From: Harriotta raleighana
Lineage: Eukaryota
DNA: 64,000 nt
Reading direction: 5' to 3'
Assembly: GCA_050575255.1 (NCBI GenBank)
Contig: JBNZDD010013687.1
Span: 1,004,373 to 1,068,372, forward strand
Shown: in pieces, positions 1 through 14,149 of the stretch
Numbering within the stretch: the stretch's first letter is position 1
Layout of the letters: each line of letters begins with the position of its first letter
The notes under the pieces: model-generated
Told to the model about the DNA's origin: nothing
The model's database searches: none
The model's input: the letters and a program-made list of their open reading frames with translations, nothing else
Translations under genes and position numbers: made by a program

Positions 1-185
1 TGGTCGAAGCAAAGAACATCAATTCATTTATCAGGAAAATTGATGCTTACATGAAGGAGAAGGGAATAGAGGGGTACAGATGAGGAGAACACGAAGAGTG
101 GGGGGGCTTACGGAGAAATAAACACAAGGTAGTTTGGAGTCGAATGATTGATTTCTGTGCCTTTTCATTCTGTGTAATTTTGTGT
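1..185 (+). mobile_element. Degenerate CR1-type LINE 3' fragment
   Basis: Resembles the CR1 ORF2 end (VEA..I.SF.RKIDAYMKEKGIEGY) followed by an ATTCTGTG-like terminal repeat. Confidence 0.55.
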
Positions 186-994
186 GCTTCTGTGACATGT
201 CAACAATCCACACACCATCCAACTGAAAAAGAGAGCCTGAGCAGTCGATAAGATTTCATAGATTTATATTCCAAGTTGCCTCGCGTACTGAGAGGTGAAA
301 ACAGTGCTCTTTCGTTTTGATGACATACCACGGGGAATTTTTACATGTAATATTAACCTCTTTTCTGTCAAATCTTAAGTCTTAAAAAAGAACTGTGTAA
401 TATAAAAATCTGAAACGGGCATCCCAAGTGTACTTTTAAAAAACATGCAAACTTGTGCATTGCATCAGAATCCGTAACTCGCTTGCATGTTCTTGGCATT
501 CTTAAGGTTGTCATTTATGATGCAGCTGTCACAACAAAATCACGACAAGCACTAGGAATATAAAATTGCTGATATGTAAGAAAGTTGACCAGTGATTACT
601 CACAGTCATATGGCATTTCTACTCTTAGGAGAAGCTTGAATTAATTAAAGGGTTACACTGTTACTTTATACTTTAACGGCATAGTTTTTACTCGAACACA
701 AGACTTGGGTCCTTCATTGTTGAAAAACCAGCATCTTGCCTAAAATTTCCTCTTAGGGAGAAGTAAGCAGGATCTCTGGAGCAAAGTGGGGATTTGGAAT
801 GGAACCTTGTTAAAATTGCTTTATTGACTTGGAGGAGATGGATCTGACAATCCTCTAGTTCACATTCCCAGTGGAGTTCATGTGGGAAGATATATTAAAA
901 AATTCTGGTACATTATTATAACCATTGCTTTGATTTCTTGTGATTGCAAAACAAAATTTATACCTGATACCAATCAATTATCACTTTCCCACAG

Positions 995-1124
995 GTTCTT
1001 GTATGAATTATCGCAGATTTCTAATTTTGCTGAACGTAGCCACTGTATCATATTCCAGTCCATTTTTCTGGAAGGCACCTCCTCACTACACCGCAAAGTA
1101 GACATCATAGAGCGTGTGAGCAAG
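995..1124 (+). CDS. FMN1: Formin-1 FH2-domain exon (first exon in window)
   Basis: Acceptor tttcccacag|G and donor AAG|gtatga; 130 nt. Encodes (Q)FLYELSQISNFAERSHCIIFQSIFLEGTSSLHRKVDIIERVSK, resembling vertebrate FMN1 (NFAER.CIIF, SLHRKV). Ends in phase 0, compatible with the next exon. Confidence 0.93.
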
Positions 1125-2697
1125 GTATGATCAGTTATACAATGTACTTAAGACTAAATCCAAGATTTATTTGGAAACATGAATACCCTTGGAAACTTGC
1201 TGAATTCTTTGTTGGCGTCTTTCTATTATACCACTGATGCTCTGTAATCAGAAACAGAAATGCTGAAAACAATAGTCTTCAGAATCTTTATAGTTGCTGG
1301 AGAAAGACGATGGGTAAAGTGATACAACTAACTTACTGGCAGAGGTTTGAGTTTAATGTATGATTTACATTGCTGGAAACGATGCAACATTGCGTTCAGC
1401 ACTGGAGGGATTCCGAGCAGGCAGCAGCATTTACTCCCCGTTCCCAATCCTCGTATGGGAGCCAATGAGGGCTCTGCACGTATACACTGTTGTGATGCTT
1501 TTTTTTATTTTGACGACATTTGAACAGGGTCACTTCAGGCAATCTTGGGAAGTTTAATGGAGATTGAATTCAGAAGATTTCGGAGAATGGGCCAAATCAA
1601 TTTGCACACCTGCATTTTAGCTACAGTAGTGCAAATTTACGTCTTATTGAAATCAATGTCTCAACTGGCTCCAGTTGCTGGGCTCCAGTGTAAATCACTA
1701 ATCACAATGTAAAAATTGCTGATCTTGGTACTCAAACTCTATTTAAAAGCTTTTTTTTGTGATGACTTTTGTAAATACCATACAGAGACCAAACTGAACA
1801 CAATTTGCAATATTCAGCATCAGACAATGCTTGCGTAAATTTGTCTTTCCCCACCTCTTCCGCCCCCCCCAAAATAAAAAACACTCTTTTTGACAACTGT
1901 TGAAGGATCACAACACAACTAAGTTCACGCTTTCTCACTGTAGTAAATGACCATTAGTAATCCAATTCACAAGATATTCTGGGTCATCTGGTTTGGGATA
2001 TTGTTAAAAATTGTACGAGTAGGGTAAACAGTTATCCCATTATGTGTCAGTGTATACTGTACTTGAAATAACAGTACTCAGTCTTAGTGTAGAGAAACAT
2101 TGCAGTGATTATTCTCGGACATTATTGTCCTTCACATAAGCAACAAAAAACTCAGAAAGTAAAGGTTTTGGTCTTTGGAATGAGTAAAGTCATCATCTTC
2201 GACGTAATTCCTCATTGATAAGGTATGCATGCACTAGGTGCTTGGCTAGAAAGATAAATCCCCACATCCTCAACATTTAAACACAAGAAAATAGGCATTG
2301 AGGTTGAGGGAGATGTTAATTTTTCTGCTCCCTGAGCTCAATATAGCAATTTTTTTAATGTGGGCCAAGCACAGTACTGCTTATTCATAGCTTTGCAAAT
2401 TTAATGCTGTGGACAGAATCTAGTCGTGGGATTTAAATTAACTTTCTAATAATGTGGTAGACATTCAAAATCTCAGTTAAAGTATCTATTAAAATACCTT
2501 TAGATTGTACCACACTTCATGATAATCTTCATTGTGTGTACCTGAGAGAATATGGTAGACATTTTGTTGACTTTTTTAAAAAGCCAGGAGGAAATTCCTG
2601 AGCTATCAGTGCTGGCTCCTCTTTGGATTCGCTTCAGCTCTAAAATATAAAGCCAAGTCACAAGAAGTGACTAAGAGACTTCAACAGATCATTTTAT

Positions 2698-2775
2698 AAA
2701 CATAGGAACAGGAGTAAGCAATTCAGCTCTGGAGCCTGTTTCTGCCATTTTATTTGATCATGGCTGATCTGTAAA
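2698..2775 (-). mobile_element. CR1-type LINE 3' terminal fragment
   Basis: cataggaacaggagtaagcaattcagctctggagcctg...gatcatggctgatctg, which resembles chondrichthyan CR1 3' ends. Confidence 0.5.
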
Positions 2776-3315
2776 TCTGTAATCATCAGGATTAATGCGG
2801 TAGCTCAATGGAATATATTTTCCCAATCACATGTGGAATTTGTTGGATGCAAACAAATCAATTTATTTGATTAAGTTCTACAATTTCAAGAACTTAAATG
2901 GCATCTTGGAACTTGCTCAAAGCAAGGTTATTGATGTCGAAACTGCTGATAAACTAGCCCAATGGATGGAATTCGTACAAGATGAAAAAGTACATTTGAA
3001 GGGTTAAGACATTCTGATTGAAGAAAAAGCAATAGAACTGAATTCCACATAAATAATTAGGAGATATTGAAGGTTAATTTAGTGCTATTTATTAATGGGG
3101 TTCTTTCATGAGAAATCTGAATCATGCTGAAAGTGAATGTACATTTAACTGATTCAGAATAACTAAGTTCTAAAATATTGGTACTACTTTGACAACTCGT
3201 GGGGGCTATGCCAGTTGCAGTAATTGACTTGTCATGTGCCTAGCAAAGGTGAAATAAATGAAGTATTTGTATTTCTTGTATTGGCTGAACAATAACTGGG
3301 GCTTTACATCTGCAG

Positions 3316-3462
3316 AGTTTGATGAAACACGAAAGTGTGAGGATTGTGCTTGGACTGGTCCTGGCCTTTGGAAATTACATGAATGGTGGGAACAGGACCC
3401 GTGGCCAGGCAGATGGATTTGGTCTGGAAATTCTTCCAAAGTTAAAGGATGTCAAAAGCAGA
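3316..3462 (+). CDS. FMN1: Formin-1 FH2-domain exon containing the GNYMN motif
   Basis: catctgcag|AGT...AGA|gtatgt; 147 nt, phase 0/0. Encodes [49 protein letters not shown], the hallmark FH2 'post' motif of the FMN/Cappuccino subfamily. Confidence 0.96.
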
Positions 3463-4890
3463 GTATGTTACATCTCTCTTAATTTTCTGACTGAAAACAA
3501 TATGTAATAACATTCAGGAATTAGCCGTTCTATGTAACACCTAAATTCGGTGAGTGAGAATCTCACAGTATTGGGAGGTATCATTGTTTTATTGTGATTC
3601 TTATAATCTCTGAGTGTGCACTAATATATGGTAAATGTCAATATTTATTGCAAAAAATAGACTGGCACAGTTCAATATTTAGATCATGATTTAACTGTAA
3701 CTATATTTTCTTGAAATAATAAATGTCAGTGTTTTTGTGCACTAATGTGTGTCTGGAATAGAAAACAGCTGTATTTTCCTAATTTCAGTGAAAACATTTT
3801 ATGAGTATTTCTTGTGACGAGTGTAGTTTTATAATCAGGGACTAGCAAAAGGTCAAAAAACAATGAGAGTGTAGCTGAAGCTATTTATTTTGTTTGAACG
3901 TGGCAGATGTTATGATTATCAAGAGCATTTGGTGGTGTTGCAATTTTGGAATCTCTGAATCTGAAATGTCAATCTGATTTCTTCATCACTGTTCCATTGT
4001 GCACATTCGTGGATTTTAAACTGCTGCATGGATGGTTAAGAGACCTTGTCTGCATTGTACCTTTCTCAACCATCCAAACATGCCACCCAACAACAAATAA
4101 GGCAAAAATGGAACCATTGAATAGATGGCAATGGGGCACAAATTCCTTTGAATCCAATACCAACTTGTAACATACTCAACATAAGAAAATGCCTGATAAA
4201 TACGTTTCAGAGATAAGCCAATATGCAGATGTCATAATTTTTGCTTCATGTGAATTACTTATTTTGTAATATTTATCTCGTTGGTGAGTGAAACACAGCA
4301 GCTATGATGCCACACTGTAAAATGTGGGAGAGTACAACTTTTACAAATTAATTGTATTAATTGCATTGTCTGCATTTCTTTGGGCTGAAGATTTTGCTTT
4401 GTCTTGATATCTTGCGTTATGCCTTTTCTTTTTCAAATGAATAATTTGGGGGCTTGAAAAGAAATCAGGTAACTAAGGATTATTAAATCTACAGAAAATC
4501 TCACTAAAGAAATCCGTGGAAAATTGGAACATTCAAGTTCAATGGTCTTGCCTAGTCTGAAACAGTTACTATGTTAAAGGTTGTTATATTGAATTCCCAT
4601 TTACTCTTCAATTGTAAATTTAGCTATGTGTTATATGTTTTTAAATTTGGGAGTGCAAATTACGCGTGGAACACCTACTGGAAGGAACGGGAAAGTAAAG
4701 TAATCCTGAAACAAATGGGGAGAATTATTGATGCTAGTGTTCTGTGTTTAGAGGAAACAGAGCTGTTTCCTGTTCGATTGGGCTACTCCTGTGCTAGTTA
4801 TCCAATGGTGAATAAACATTGCTAGAAAGCATAATGCTTTCACTGTATCCCTGGTATTCTGAATTCTAATCCTTTATTTTACTCTTTTAG

Positions 4891-4950
4891 GATAATCAGA
4901 TCAGCCTTGTGGATTACGTTGTATCCTATTATTTGCACAACGTTGACGAG
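4891..4950 (+). CDS. FMN1: Formin-1 FH2-domain exon
   Basis: actcttttag|GAT...GAG|gtaatt; 60 nt, phase 0/0. Encodes DNQISLVDYVVSYYLHNVDE. Not in the ORF track. Confidence 0.93.
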
Positions 4951-5317
4951 GTAATTGATGGATCTTCAGCCAAGTTTTAGAAGGTTCTGTGACCACCTAA
5001 AGCTCCTCTTGTTTTACATTAACGGTTTTCAAACTGGATTTCCTTTCTCAGTATGTCCAACTATTGCTTTGTCTTTTTATTTTTGTCCTTGAAAAATTAA
5101 AATGATTACTAGTGCCCGAGGAAGATAACCTAATGAATAATTCATCAAATTAGCCCTAATGTAAATCAAAGCACATTTTAGTTTTTTTTTAATGGGCAGC
5201 AGTTTGGGAAATAGTTGAACCCGCTTTGAATCATTTTACTTTTAGAACAAATGATGTGTCCTTAATTTTCTTTTGTCAAAGCTGAACAGTGAGAGTTTCT
5301 TTGTTAACCTGTAACAG

Positions 5318-5438
5318 GACGCAGGAACAGACAAGAGTGTGTATCCTTTGCCGGAACCACAGAACTTCCTCCTGGCTTCCCAAGTTAAGTTTGAAGATCT
5401 TACGAAGGAACTTAGAAAGTTGAAAAGAGACCTTGAAG
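5318..5438 (+). CDS. FMN1: Formin-1 FH2-domain exon
   Basis: gtaacag|GAC...GAAG|gtacat; 121 nt, phase 0/1. Encodes [40 protein letters not shown], with FMN1-type PLPEPQ...ASQVKFEDL. Confidence 0.95.
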
Positions 5439-8400
5439 GTACATATCGAACCTTTTTAAAACATATAATACAAGGCATAGTTACATGTTGTAACGAATAT
5501 ATAAAAGAGATTGAACAGGATGTCTAAGGATAAAATGACAAAATTCTACCCAGTAAAGCCCACTAAACGCAGATGTATTTTAGTTGAGTAATGTTTATAC
5601 TACATCATAATTATTATGAAAGAGCTAGAAATAGGGTAATGTAGCTAAATTGTTTATTGCCGTGATTTCAAATGAAAAGCTTGCAGCTTCACGACAAAAA
5701 TGCTTACATTCGATGCCCACTTAAAAACACACATATATTTCAGCAAAGTAAGCACTTCCTAGCAGAGATTTGCTAAATGCTTTTAGTAGTACAAGCCATT
5801 TATGAACGAGTACATATTTAAGTGCTCCAAGACGCCTCATCACAAGAAGAGCGCTCTACAAATGCAAGTTTCCATTGTTGCGTTCAATAAAAGTGAAAAG
5901 GCAGTTTTATTGGAGAAGATTCTATCGAATCCTGGAGGTCAACAGTGGTAGGAAAGTATCAGTTGTTATTTATTCAACTCAGGCACACAGGAATACTCTT
6001 CTTTTTGCATCCTTTGGCTCCTACAGAACCCTTGGCCTGCCCTCTTTACTGCTAGTTTGTGAAGAAACTTGATCTCTGTTTGATCTCCTCTGCCTTGTCA
6101 GCAGGTTTCCAACATCGAGTCCAGCTACTGTGTCATTTCGACCTACATGTATGCACCTTCCATAATAAATTATAAATGAAAAAGAAAACTATAGGCCTTA
6201 ATTGATAAAACGCTTTAGCTTGTAGCTGAATGTGTTTTAAACTTTTGTTTTGAATTAGCCTCGGTAATTGCAAATGCAGCATCATTTACTTTTTTTTAAA
6301 ATAAGGAAAATAATTCTAGAAAAATTGAACGAGAAGTACAAAAGTTTTAATTAGCAAATTTGGACTTATTTGTATTCACATGTTGTGTAAATAATCTGAA
6401 ATTGGACCCAGATTTAAGTTTAGTTTAGTGTATAATTTCCACACTTTACAATCATTTTAATTTATTGTAGCCATTAAAGGGCTGTGGCTGCTGGCAAAAT
6501 ATCAGTGAAAGTCTAAAGCTAAACCAGATGTCACTAGAGACTGACTCCCAAGAAGCATCGGGCTCGGCTATCCAGACAGACCCACTGGCCTCAGATGTGA
6601 ATGATTTGAGTAATATTAACTAGTGTTGCCTGTATTACAGGGCGCATAAGATTTATATTATGGTTTAGTGCTATGGGTAGTTTGCGTGTCAACTCAATAT
6701 AAACGTTCCTTTAAGTGTTACGAGAAAGAATTGTAAGCAGTTTTTCTCACAGGCAAGAGGATTGTTTCCAGGCTCCAGAATTGTGTATGTTTTTTTTCCT
6801 AAGAATATGCTTTTTTTACAGGAAATTCAAATGAATAATAATCCTTACATTTAAATTACGACAGTTTAAGCTAATTTAAACCAGTGATAGGCTTATCCTT
6901 GCTATTCATTTTCTTTACAAAGCGGTATTTAAATAGAAAATGAAGGCATTCTGCCTCAATGTTGGTTACGGAACAAATTATATATGTACACTTTTCTTTG
7001 TTTTTTATTTTGTATGCTGTTATAATAATAAATCTTTCAATTGATATACCACCTTTCATGTCAGGAGAATGTTAAAGGTGAAATGTAAGGATATGAAGTG
7101 CTTCACCTGATTCATTGGAAACTGTAATGATTGTGTACTTTTGCGGGCAAGCAAACTTATAATAATGATCCTTGCATGTGATGTAGATTTTTCACATCTT
7201 CTAGATGTCTCAATGCACTTTACAGAATATACTGCAAAGTGAATTGACTGTACAGTATATTTGTGGGCAAACTTATTTTGTTTCAAACTTTATTATTAAT
7301 TTATTTGCATTTTAGTAATTGGTATTGCATGTCCTGCTAATAATGCATTAATTCTATCCCACTGCAATCTCTCGTGGAGGTCAGTTAGAGTAAATGGTAT
7401 TTTCTATCTTCTCTTAACTGAATTTGTATCTCTTTCATAAAGAGAGAAGCATTCCATATTATTTCTGTTTGGAAAATTAAACACTCTGGCAGGCTGAAAA
7501 TTCCATTTTAAACTCACATCACCAAACCATCCTAATGCCTACCAAGTGTAGAATTGCTAACTCAAGTTGTTTGTTGCATGGAAAGAGGGAAACCGACACC
7601 AGGTATTGGGAACCCAAAGAATCCCCAAACTGGCTGCCACCTCCATCCACAAAATAAACAGTCATTCCACTTCACAGTATATCCTGTGAAACGCTTTGAG
7701 ACAATTCAACGACACAATAAGGCGCTAGATCAAATGCCAAGATTATTATTGTATTCACATTTCTGATCTTTAACTAGACTATTTCTGATAGCAGTGACCA
7801 TTACAATAAAGTTGATGGAACAACTTTCCCTGTCACTGTGGCTCAGTTTCCTCTCTTGTCCTCATAAAAATTCAGTTCATTTCTTAGCATGGAAGCTGAC
7901 TTCCTCACTTCCTAATTCCAGATAACTTCAGGGGTCTTATCTCATCATAATTTTTGCTTCGGTCAGAACCAGATGAATGAAATTGAGGGAGCCCTTTAAA
8001 TAAAGAAATATGAATATATATCTTTTGGATTTGATATAGTGTCTTATCATGTCTTTAAGACATCTCAAAGCACTTCACAGAATATACTACAATGTGTTTT
8101 GACTGTAATGTTTGTGGGCGAAACACAGCAGCCAATTGAGCACAGCAGTTTCCCACAAACAGTGGTGGGTTGAGTGACCAAATTCTTATACTGTATATCT
8201 AATGAGGAGTAAGGGAGTTGGCTCTATGATCCTTTCAGAGAGAGAAAACATATTCACAGTCACATTTTTAACAGACAATGAAACAACAAAGCAGCATCCT
8301 GGAGAACCCATCCACCCTCCAGCTAGGTTCTATAATTTAGACACCAAATAATAGAAAGGAATCATCTAAATGAATGAAACAGATAGTGAGTAGAGATTCA

Positions 8401-10619
8401 CATGATGAATGCTAATATTCAGATTATGATTTCACAAAAGGTGATTGTGCAATTGCCATCACTTGCCAAATCAACATACATTTTGAAGTGATTGGCTTAC
8501 CAGTGTTCTCATTGAGGCATTTAATTCCATGGTATAAACTGATGATAGCAATGGCCTTATTGACAGGTTTACAAGTGTCCATGGTGTTTAACACAAGCAC
8601 TTATCTGGTGTCAAAAGCTTCTCCAATAGTCTCGACGTCTGTGTGATGAAATTAAATAAGTTTATTTTTTGTTTGGTTCCAGCAAATGCGTCATATTTGG
8701 TGCAACATTTATATTCGTACCATAGGTGTAATGCCCGTGGATTGATTTTAACTTTGGTTATTGCATGTTTTTTTAAGCATCTAAATTGTGATGATTGCAG
8801 TGTCAGAGAATAAAAACTGGGGATGCTTGGTGATTGACACCATAATCCACCTCACACATGGGTATAACTAATGATGATGATCGAGCCTTTGACAGGTTTA
8901 CAAGTGTCCATGGTGTTTAACACAAGTTCAGCAACCATTTCTCTTGTGGACTGTGGGTACAGTGAACTTTGCCAACATCTGCAGTACATATTAAACCTTT
9001 ATTTTAATTCTACACCACTACCTTGAAATGCATTTGTGATGTCTTACAGACAGCTTCATGAATCCAACTGATCTATTGAGAATTGATAGTCATGTGTTTG
9101 CTCTTGATTTTTTTCCCCATATATGTTTTGTGTTTCATCGTATTTCATTCTACCAGACACACAAAAGAATCAAAGTAAATTTCTAGTACATGTTTATGAT
9201 AAGCAGAAGAAGGCAAGCAGAATGATAGACTATTCATTGGGATAGTCAAAAGAAAGTAGCCTTGTTATAGTTGTGGTGCGGAAATTCTTTTGTCGATGCT
9301 CAAGGAGTTAGCTGATCTCATCTACCAAAATAAATGATGTGTATCAATGCTGATCAACTTCTTTAGAGTTTCAAAACAGTGGTCATGTATGCTTCTTTTA
9401 TGTTTCTTTGCATTGGGACTTGCCAGAGCTGTATTGTGCTTACATTGATAAAACCTGAACTGGCGCCTGACAAGTTGGATTTCCGGATTTTGTGATGTTA
9501 AGGATCTTTCAAGTTAAGTTTCTCAGAACCAAAAATATTGCACAATCATCAGTACTGTAAGATAGCAATAATATGTCTTTGGCAGTGCATCCCCTTACAG
9601 TAAACAGTTTTCCCATCCTGATTATTCTGATTAAAGATTTTCTTTGCATGTCTGACTGTGTTACCAGTTCCTCAGTCAGTGTATGTGCCTGTTTTTCTTT
9701 TTTTGCCTAGAAATTATCATGAAGAAAATCCCCATAATTGCAGATAACATCTTATCAAACTGTTCTGGTTTTGGGATCCTCAGATTTTTTTGAATACAGT
9801 ATGTACTAAAAAACAACTCAAACCAAACATTTTAATTTGAAAAACAAACTCAATCTCTATTTATTTAGTGTATGTGGCAAGAAATAATTAAATGATATTT
9901 TCTGCCAATGCTGGCAGGTTGTTAGAAGTTACTAAATCAATAACCATACTAATGCAGGCATGGATGCATGTAATGCATGCACAGACATTTCATTCTTAGT
10001 TTGTACAATAACTGTACTGTTGGTTTTGTAATGCTGATAGGCCTTGCCCTCTGGATTGTGCCTAAGATAATGGGTGTATTATGTCTGCTGCTGGAGACAG
10101 GTTCTTGAGCATTTTCTGATTATAGCAAAATTAGAGGAAGTACAGAGAACAGCGAAAGTGTCGAACATTTATAGGCTGAAAGTGATGTTTGACAGCTTGC
10201 ATTTCATCAAAGAGGGAAATGCAGAGGAAAATTTAGTATTCACACACCGTATGTCACTGTGTTAATAGCAACTTTCCTGGTTGAATAGGAAATGACGGGA
10301 TTGTCCATAATATTTGTTAAGAATTCTGAGAAAAAATTAATAAAAATTCTTGCATCTGATAGAGCGCCTTTCATGTGAATGTGAAAGCACTGCATGGGAT
10401 TCTCTGTAAAGTGTAGTGTCTGTGCAATTTGTAGCTGAAAGCTGGTTTTCTTTATATAATTCATATGTCCTTCCGCTCCAATGTGTATCTGTTTGTATAG
10501 TTTCCATCGCGAACAACTCTGCTGTGGCTTCCTCTGAACGGGGCAGTTGTGTTCAGATTCATCATCTGTTGCTTTCTTTTCCCTCCAACCTGCCCTTTAG
10601 TTGGCTACTAATTCATCCT

Positions 10620-11100
10620 TAACAACAACAACAACAAAATGACACTTGTATAGCTCCTTTCACATCGGGAGGACGTCCCAAAGCACTGAACAATCAGGTT
10701 GGGTCTCGAACGGGGGGGAGAGTCATAGATAGGGGAAGGGGGAAGGAGAGTGGGAGAGGGGGAAGAGTTAGGGGGGGAGCCAAAGGCGCGGTCGAAGAGG
10801 AAGGTCTTGAGACCGGCCTTGAAGGAGGAAAGGGAGGAAGCAAGGTGGAGGGACTGTGGGAAGGAGTTCCAGAATGTCAGGGCAGAGAGGCTGAAAGCCC
10901 GGCCATCGATGGTTGGGCGGTTAGGCTTGGAGCAGGCCTGATTCGCTAAATGGAGGGTGCGGGGAGGCTGATAGGGAGACAGCAGGTCAGAGAGATAAGC
11001 GGGGGCAAGGCCGTGAAATGGCCTTGAAAGTGAGGTTGAGGATCTTGAATTCGAACGTTGGAGCTCTGGGGATTGACATTCAGCGCTGTGGCCCACACAT
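10620..11100 (-). mobile_element. L2-clade LINE 3' fragment with (TTG)n tail
   Basis: ORF 10608..11096 contains the L2 ORF2 C-terminal pattern HGLAPAYLSDLL.PY.PPRTL...GRAFS....FWNS.P.SL..ASSLSSFKAGLKTFLF. (AAC)n tail at 10620-10637 on the + strand. Confidence 0.85.
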
Positions 11101-11939
11101 AACGTTGCTGAACTCTCTCTTCCCTCATTATGATTTTCATAATTCCTCCATACACTCAGTTATTAACTATCTACCTTCCTCTCAATTTGGCAGATGGGTT
11201 ATTTTTAAGAATTATTTTTAATCTGGTTTTCCAGATTAAAACATAATTTTCCACAACTCTATCGGAATCATTCACAGCGGTAAAACTTTCCAAAATATGC
11301 ACAAAGATCTATCTCCCTCCTGTACAAAGTTTTGTCTCTTTTACCTTTGTGTATTTTTTTTTAAAGTCATATAGGTTTTCTTCTGGACCGTTGCTCGGCC
11401 TTCATTGTAGCATAAACATCATTGACCATGTAATTTCACCCTTGGTGCCACCTTTGCATGTCGGCTGCTGACCTCCCCGTTGGAAAAGTGACAGTGTTAC
11501 TCCATTACTGAGTCCTTCAGGACTTTGAGGGCCTCGTTTGAAAATAAGCTATTACGAATTTGCTGTTCAGCAATTTCCTCCCTTGATCTAACCAAACCAC
11601 AGCTGTCTTTGGAGTCGTTTTTGAATTTTGCACCACTCTGTCAGCTCATTAGCTGCTGTAGAACAAGGGATTCATCATTGTTTCTGGTGTATACTCACTG
11701 GCTCTGACATTTGCATCGGCGCACATTACATCACATTTTTCTCACAGATAAAACTTCAGAATGTGATCCTGTTAAAATATTTGTGAAACGTCCTTCACTT
11801 TGAACTTCTATGAATAATGCAATGTTGTGCCAACTAGAGCTTGGCAATTGAAAAGGAACACTTTCAAACAAATGTTTTACTAGAAATTGGTTGCGGAGTT
11901 TCTTGGGGGTCTTTTGTCACATGCAAAATCCTGGATGAG

Positions 11940-12720
11940 AGCTAACTTTCTATGACTGAGCGTTACCAAGATGGAGGCCCTCCTGATTGGCTCCCGTCAG
12001 CACCTTCATACCTCACGCGCTGACAACATCACTATCTCACACTCCACCTCACTGAGTCACTCTGGAACCATGGTGTTTTGTTTGACACTCGACTATTCTT
12101 TCTACCCCACATCCGTGCCATGACCTGCTCTGCCTTTTCTCACCTCTATAACATCCACCCACTCCACAGTGCCACTGTCACACACCGCAGGCCGCCAAGA
12201 CCCTCATACACACATCCATAATAGGTGTGGGTTAGGCTTGACTATGCAAACTCCCTGCTTGTCAGCCTCCCGAACTCCCCCCTCCATAGGCTGCAGATTA
12301 TCCAGAAATCTGCAGCTATATCCTCTCCTGCATCAGGCTCCATGACCCTATCACCCCTATGCTTGCTCAACTCCACTGACTTCCCATCACACAAATGATA
12401 CAGTACAAGATCCTGATCCACACCTTCAAAGCCCTTCATGGCCTGATCCATCCTGCCTCTGCAACCTCCTGATCCACTACCACCTGTCTGCTCCCTCTGC
12501 TCAGTGGGCTCCAGCCAGCTTCATTTCCTCTACTTTGGTGGGTGGGCCTTCAACTCTGCCCCCACCTTCTGGAACTCCATCACATAGTCCTTCCCTTGAG
12601 TCCCTTGCCTCCTTCAAGATCCTCTCGACCCCCAGCTTGAGTCCAAAACACTGATTCTCTAGTGCTTTAGGACGTCCTCCCAACATGAAAGATGCTATAG
12701 AAATGTAAATTTGTTGTTGT
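11940..12720 (+). mobile_element. Degenerate L2-clade LINE 3' fragment
   Basis: C-rich, frameshifted ORF2 remnants (NFL.L...KME.LLIG; LDYANSLLVSLP...L.IIQKSA; YKILIHTFKALHG). Ends in the same tail as the 10.6 kb copy (...gtgcttt.ggacgtcctcc...tgaaagatgctatagaaatgtaaatttgttgttg). Confidence 0.8.
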
Positions 12721-13044
12721 TCTCTTCAATATCTATACTTTGGTTCTACTTGAGTGAGAGGAAATACCATAATAATATACATTACGGTTCCTACTGCAAT
12801 TACCAATTTGTACCATCTGATTTTGGTTCACCATCTTTGAAATCCTGCCACTGTTAGCCAGTACAGTAATACAAATTGGAACATAAATTTAAAGTGTGGT
12901 TTGCATGGTTTCAACCTTTGCATCCAGGGAGTCCGAACAGAATAGTTTTACCATTGTTATTCGCAAATTGCTCTGGGATATCTGGCAATCACCTGCAGCA
13001 AATGACATTCAGCACAGCGGGAGTTACTATTCAGAGTCTACTTT

Positions 13045-13353
13045 TAATAATAATAATAATCCTTATGTTTGCTGTAGCGCTTTGCATGTCTTCTAGTCAT
13101 CTCAGGATCAGAATATACTGTAACGTGAATTGGCGGTATATTTGTGTGCGAAATGCAGCAGCTAATTTCACATAGCACTGTCCCACAGACAGTGTGGATT
13201 GAAGTGAACAATTTTATTTTTGTTTTTTTCTAGAGGGATTATTGTCAGGTGTGTGGAGTAATGAAACTTGTCCAAGGTTTTGCTCTGCCGGGTATCAAAC
13301 CCAAGTCTCTCGCTTGCAAGGCGAGTGCTTTAACTACTGAGCTACAGGACTCC
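13045..13353 (-). mobile_element. tRNA-derived SINE, short form, near full length
   Basis: The reverse strand reads GGAGTCCTGTAGCTCAGTAGTTAAAGCACTCGCC...GGGTTTGATACCC (Pol III A/B boxes), with a body shared with other copies and a (TTA)n tail. Confidence 0.85.
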
Positions 13354-14149
13354 TCATTTTTTTACCATAGCAAGCAGCCATTTTAGAATACAAGTTGTCT
13401 GTGGAGATGACGGGAAAAGCATTATTGTATGTGGATCCTATTTTAAAATATATTAGTTTGTATAAAGCCTGTTTCATCTCTAGGTATTTAATGTTGTCGT
13501 ATATTAACATTGAGTATTGAATCTCGCCACATATTAATACTGACTTGTGCACTTGGCTTGCCCACCAGATCTGAAAGCCTTCAGCAATGCAATTTTGCAC
13601 AACCCTGTTAGACACAGCAAAGCAAAATGGGTCGAAGAACAGAGGCACAAAAATGCTTAACTATAAATGTATTGTAATAATTGTGAACTTATAAGCCAAT
13701 AAATTCTTTCATTATCTTGCAAACTTGCATGTGATTGCTACTCTAAATTCAGTGCAAAAACTGAAAGGGTATTAGAACACCTAGACCCCTTCACAGGATT
13801 ATAGTTACTTTATATAATATGCTCCCATTTCTTTTCTGTTTCATTTACAATCTGTATCTAATTAACCAAGCATACCTATATGTATAATTTTCTTTATAAA
13901 ATGAACGTGAGAAACATTGCAAATAAACGATTGAGCAGATTGACATACACAAAGTAACAGTACGTAGTGTAATTAGGATGCAGGTAAAAATTATCTGATC
14001 CAGGAAAGATACAAAATCTGTTTTTTCTCAGGGCAGGTTGATAATCTACCTGTGTTAAAAGTGAGGTGAACAAATGGGAAAAGTTAACTCAGCATTGGAG
14101 CTATATGAAGGTTAAGAAGCTTTAAAATTTTTGTCACGCAATATAATCG

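Noticed and set aside
8560-8926. 38-bp repeats as a CRISPR-like array or C/D snoRNA pair
   Set aside because: Only two copies, a 291-bp gap and a eukaryotic context. There is no properly placed D box or terminal stem for the nearby TGATGA motifs.
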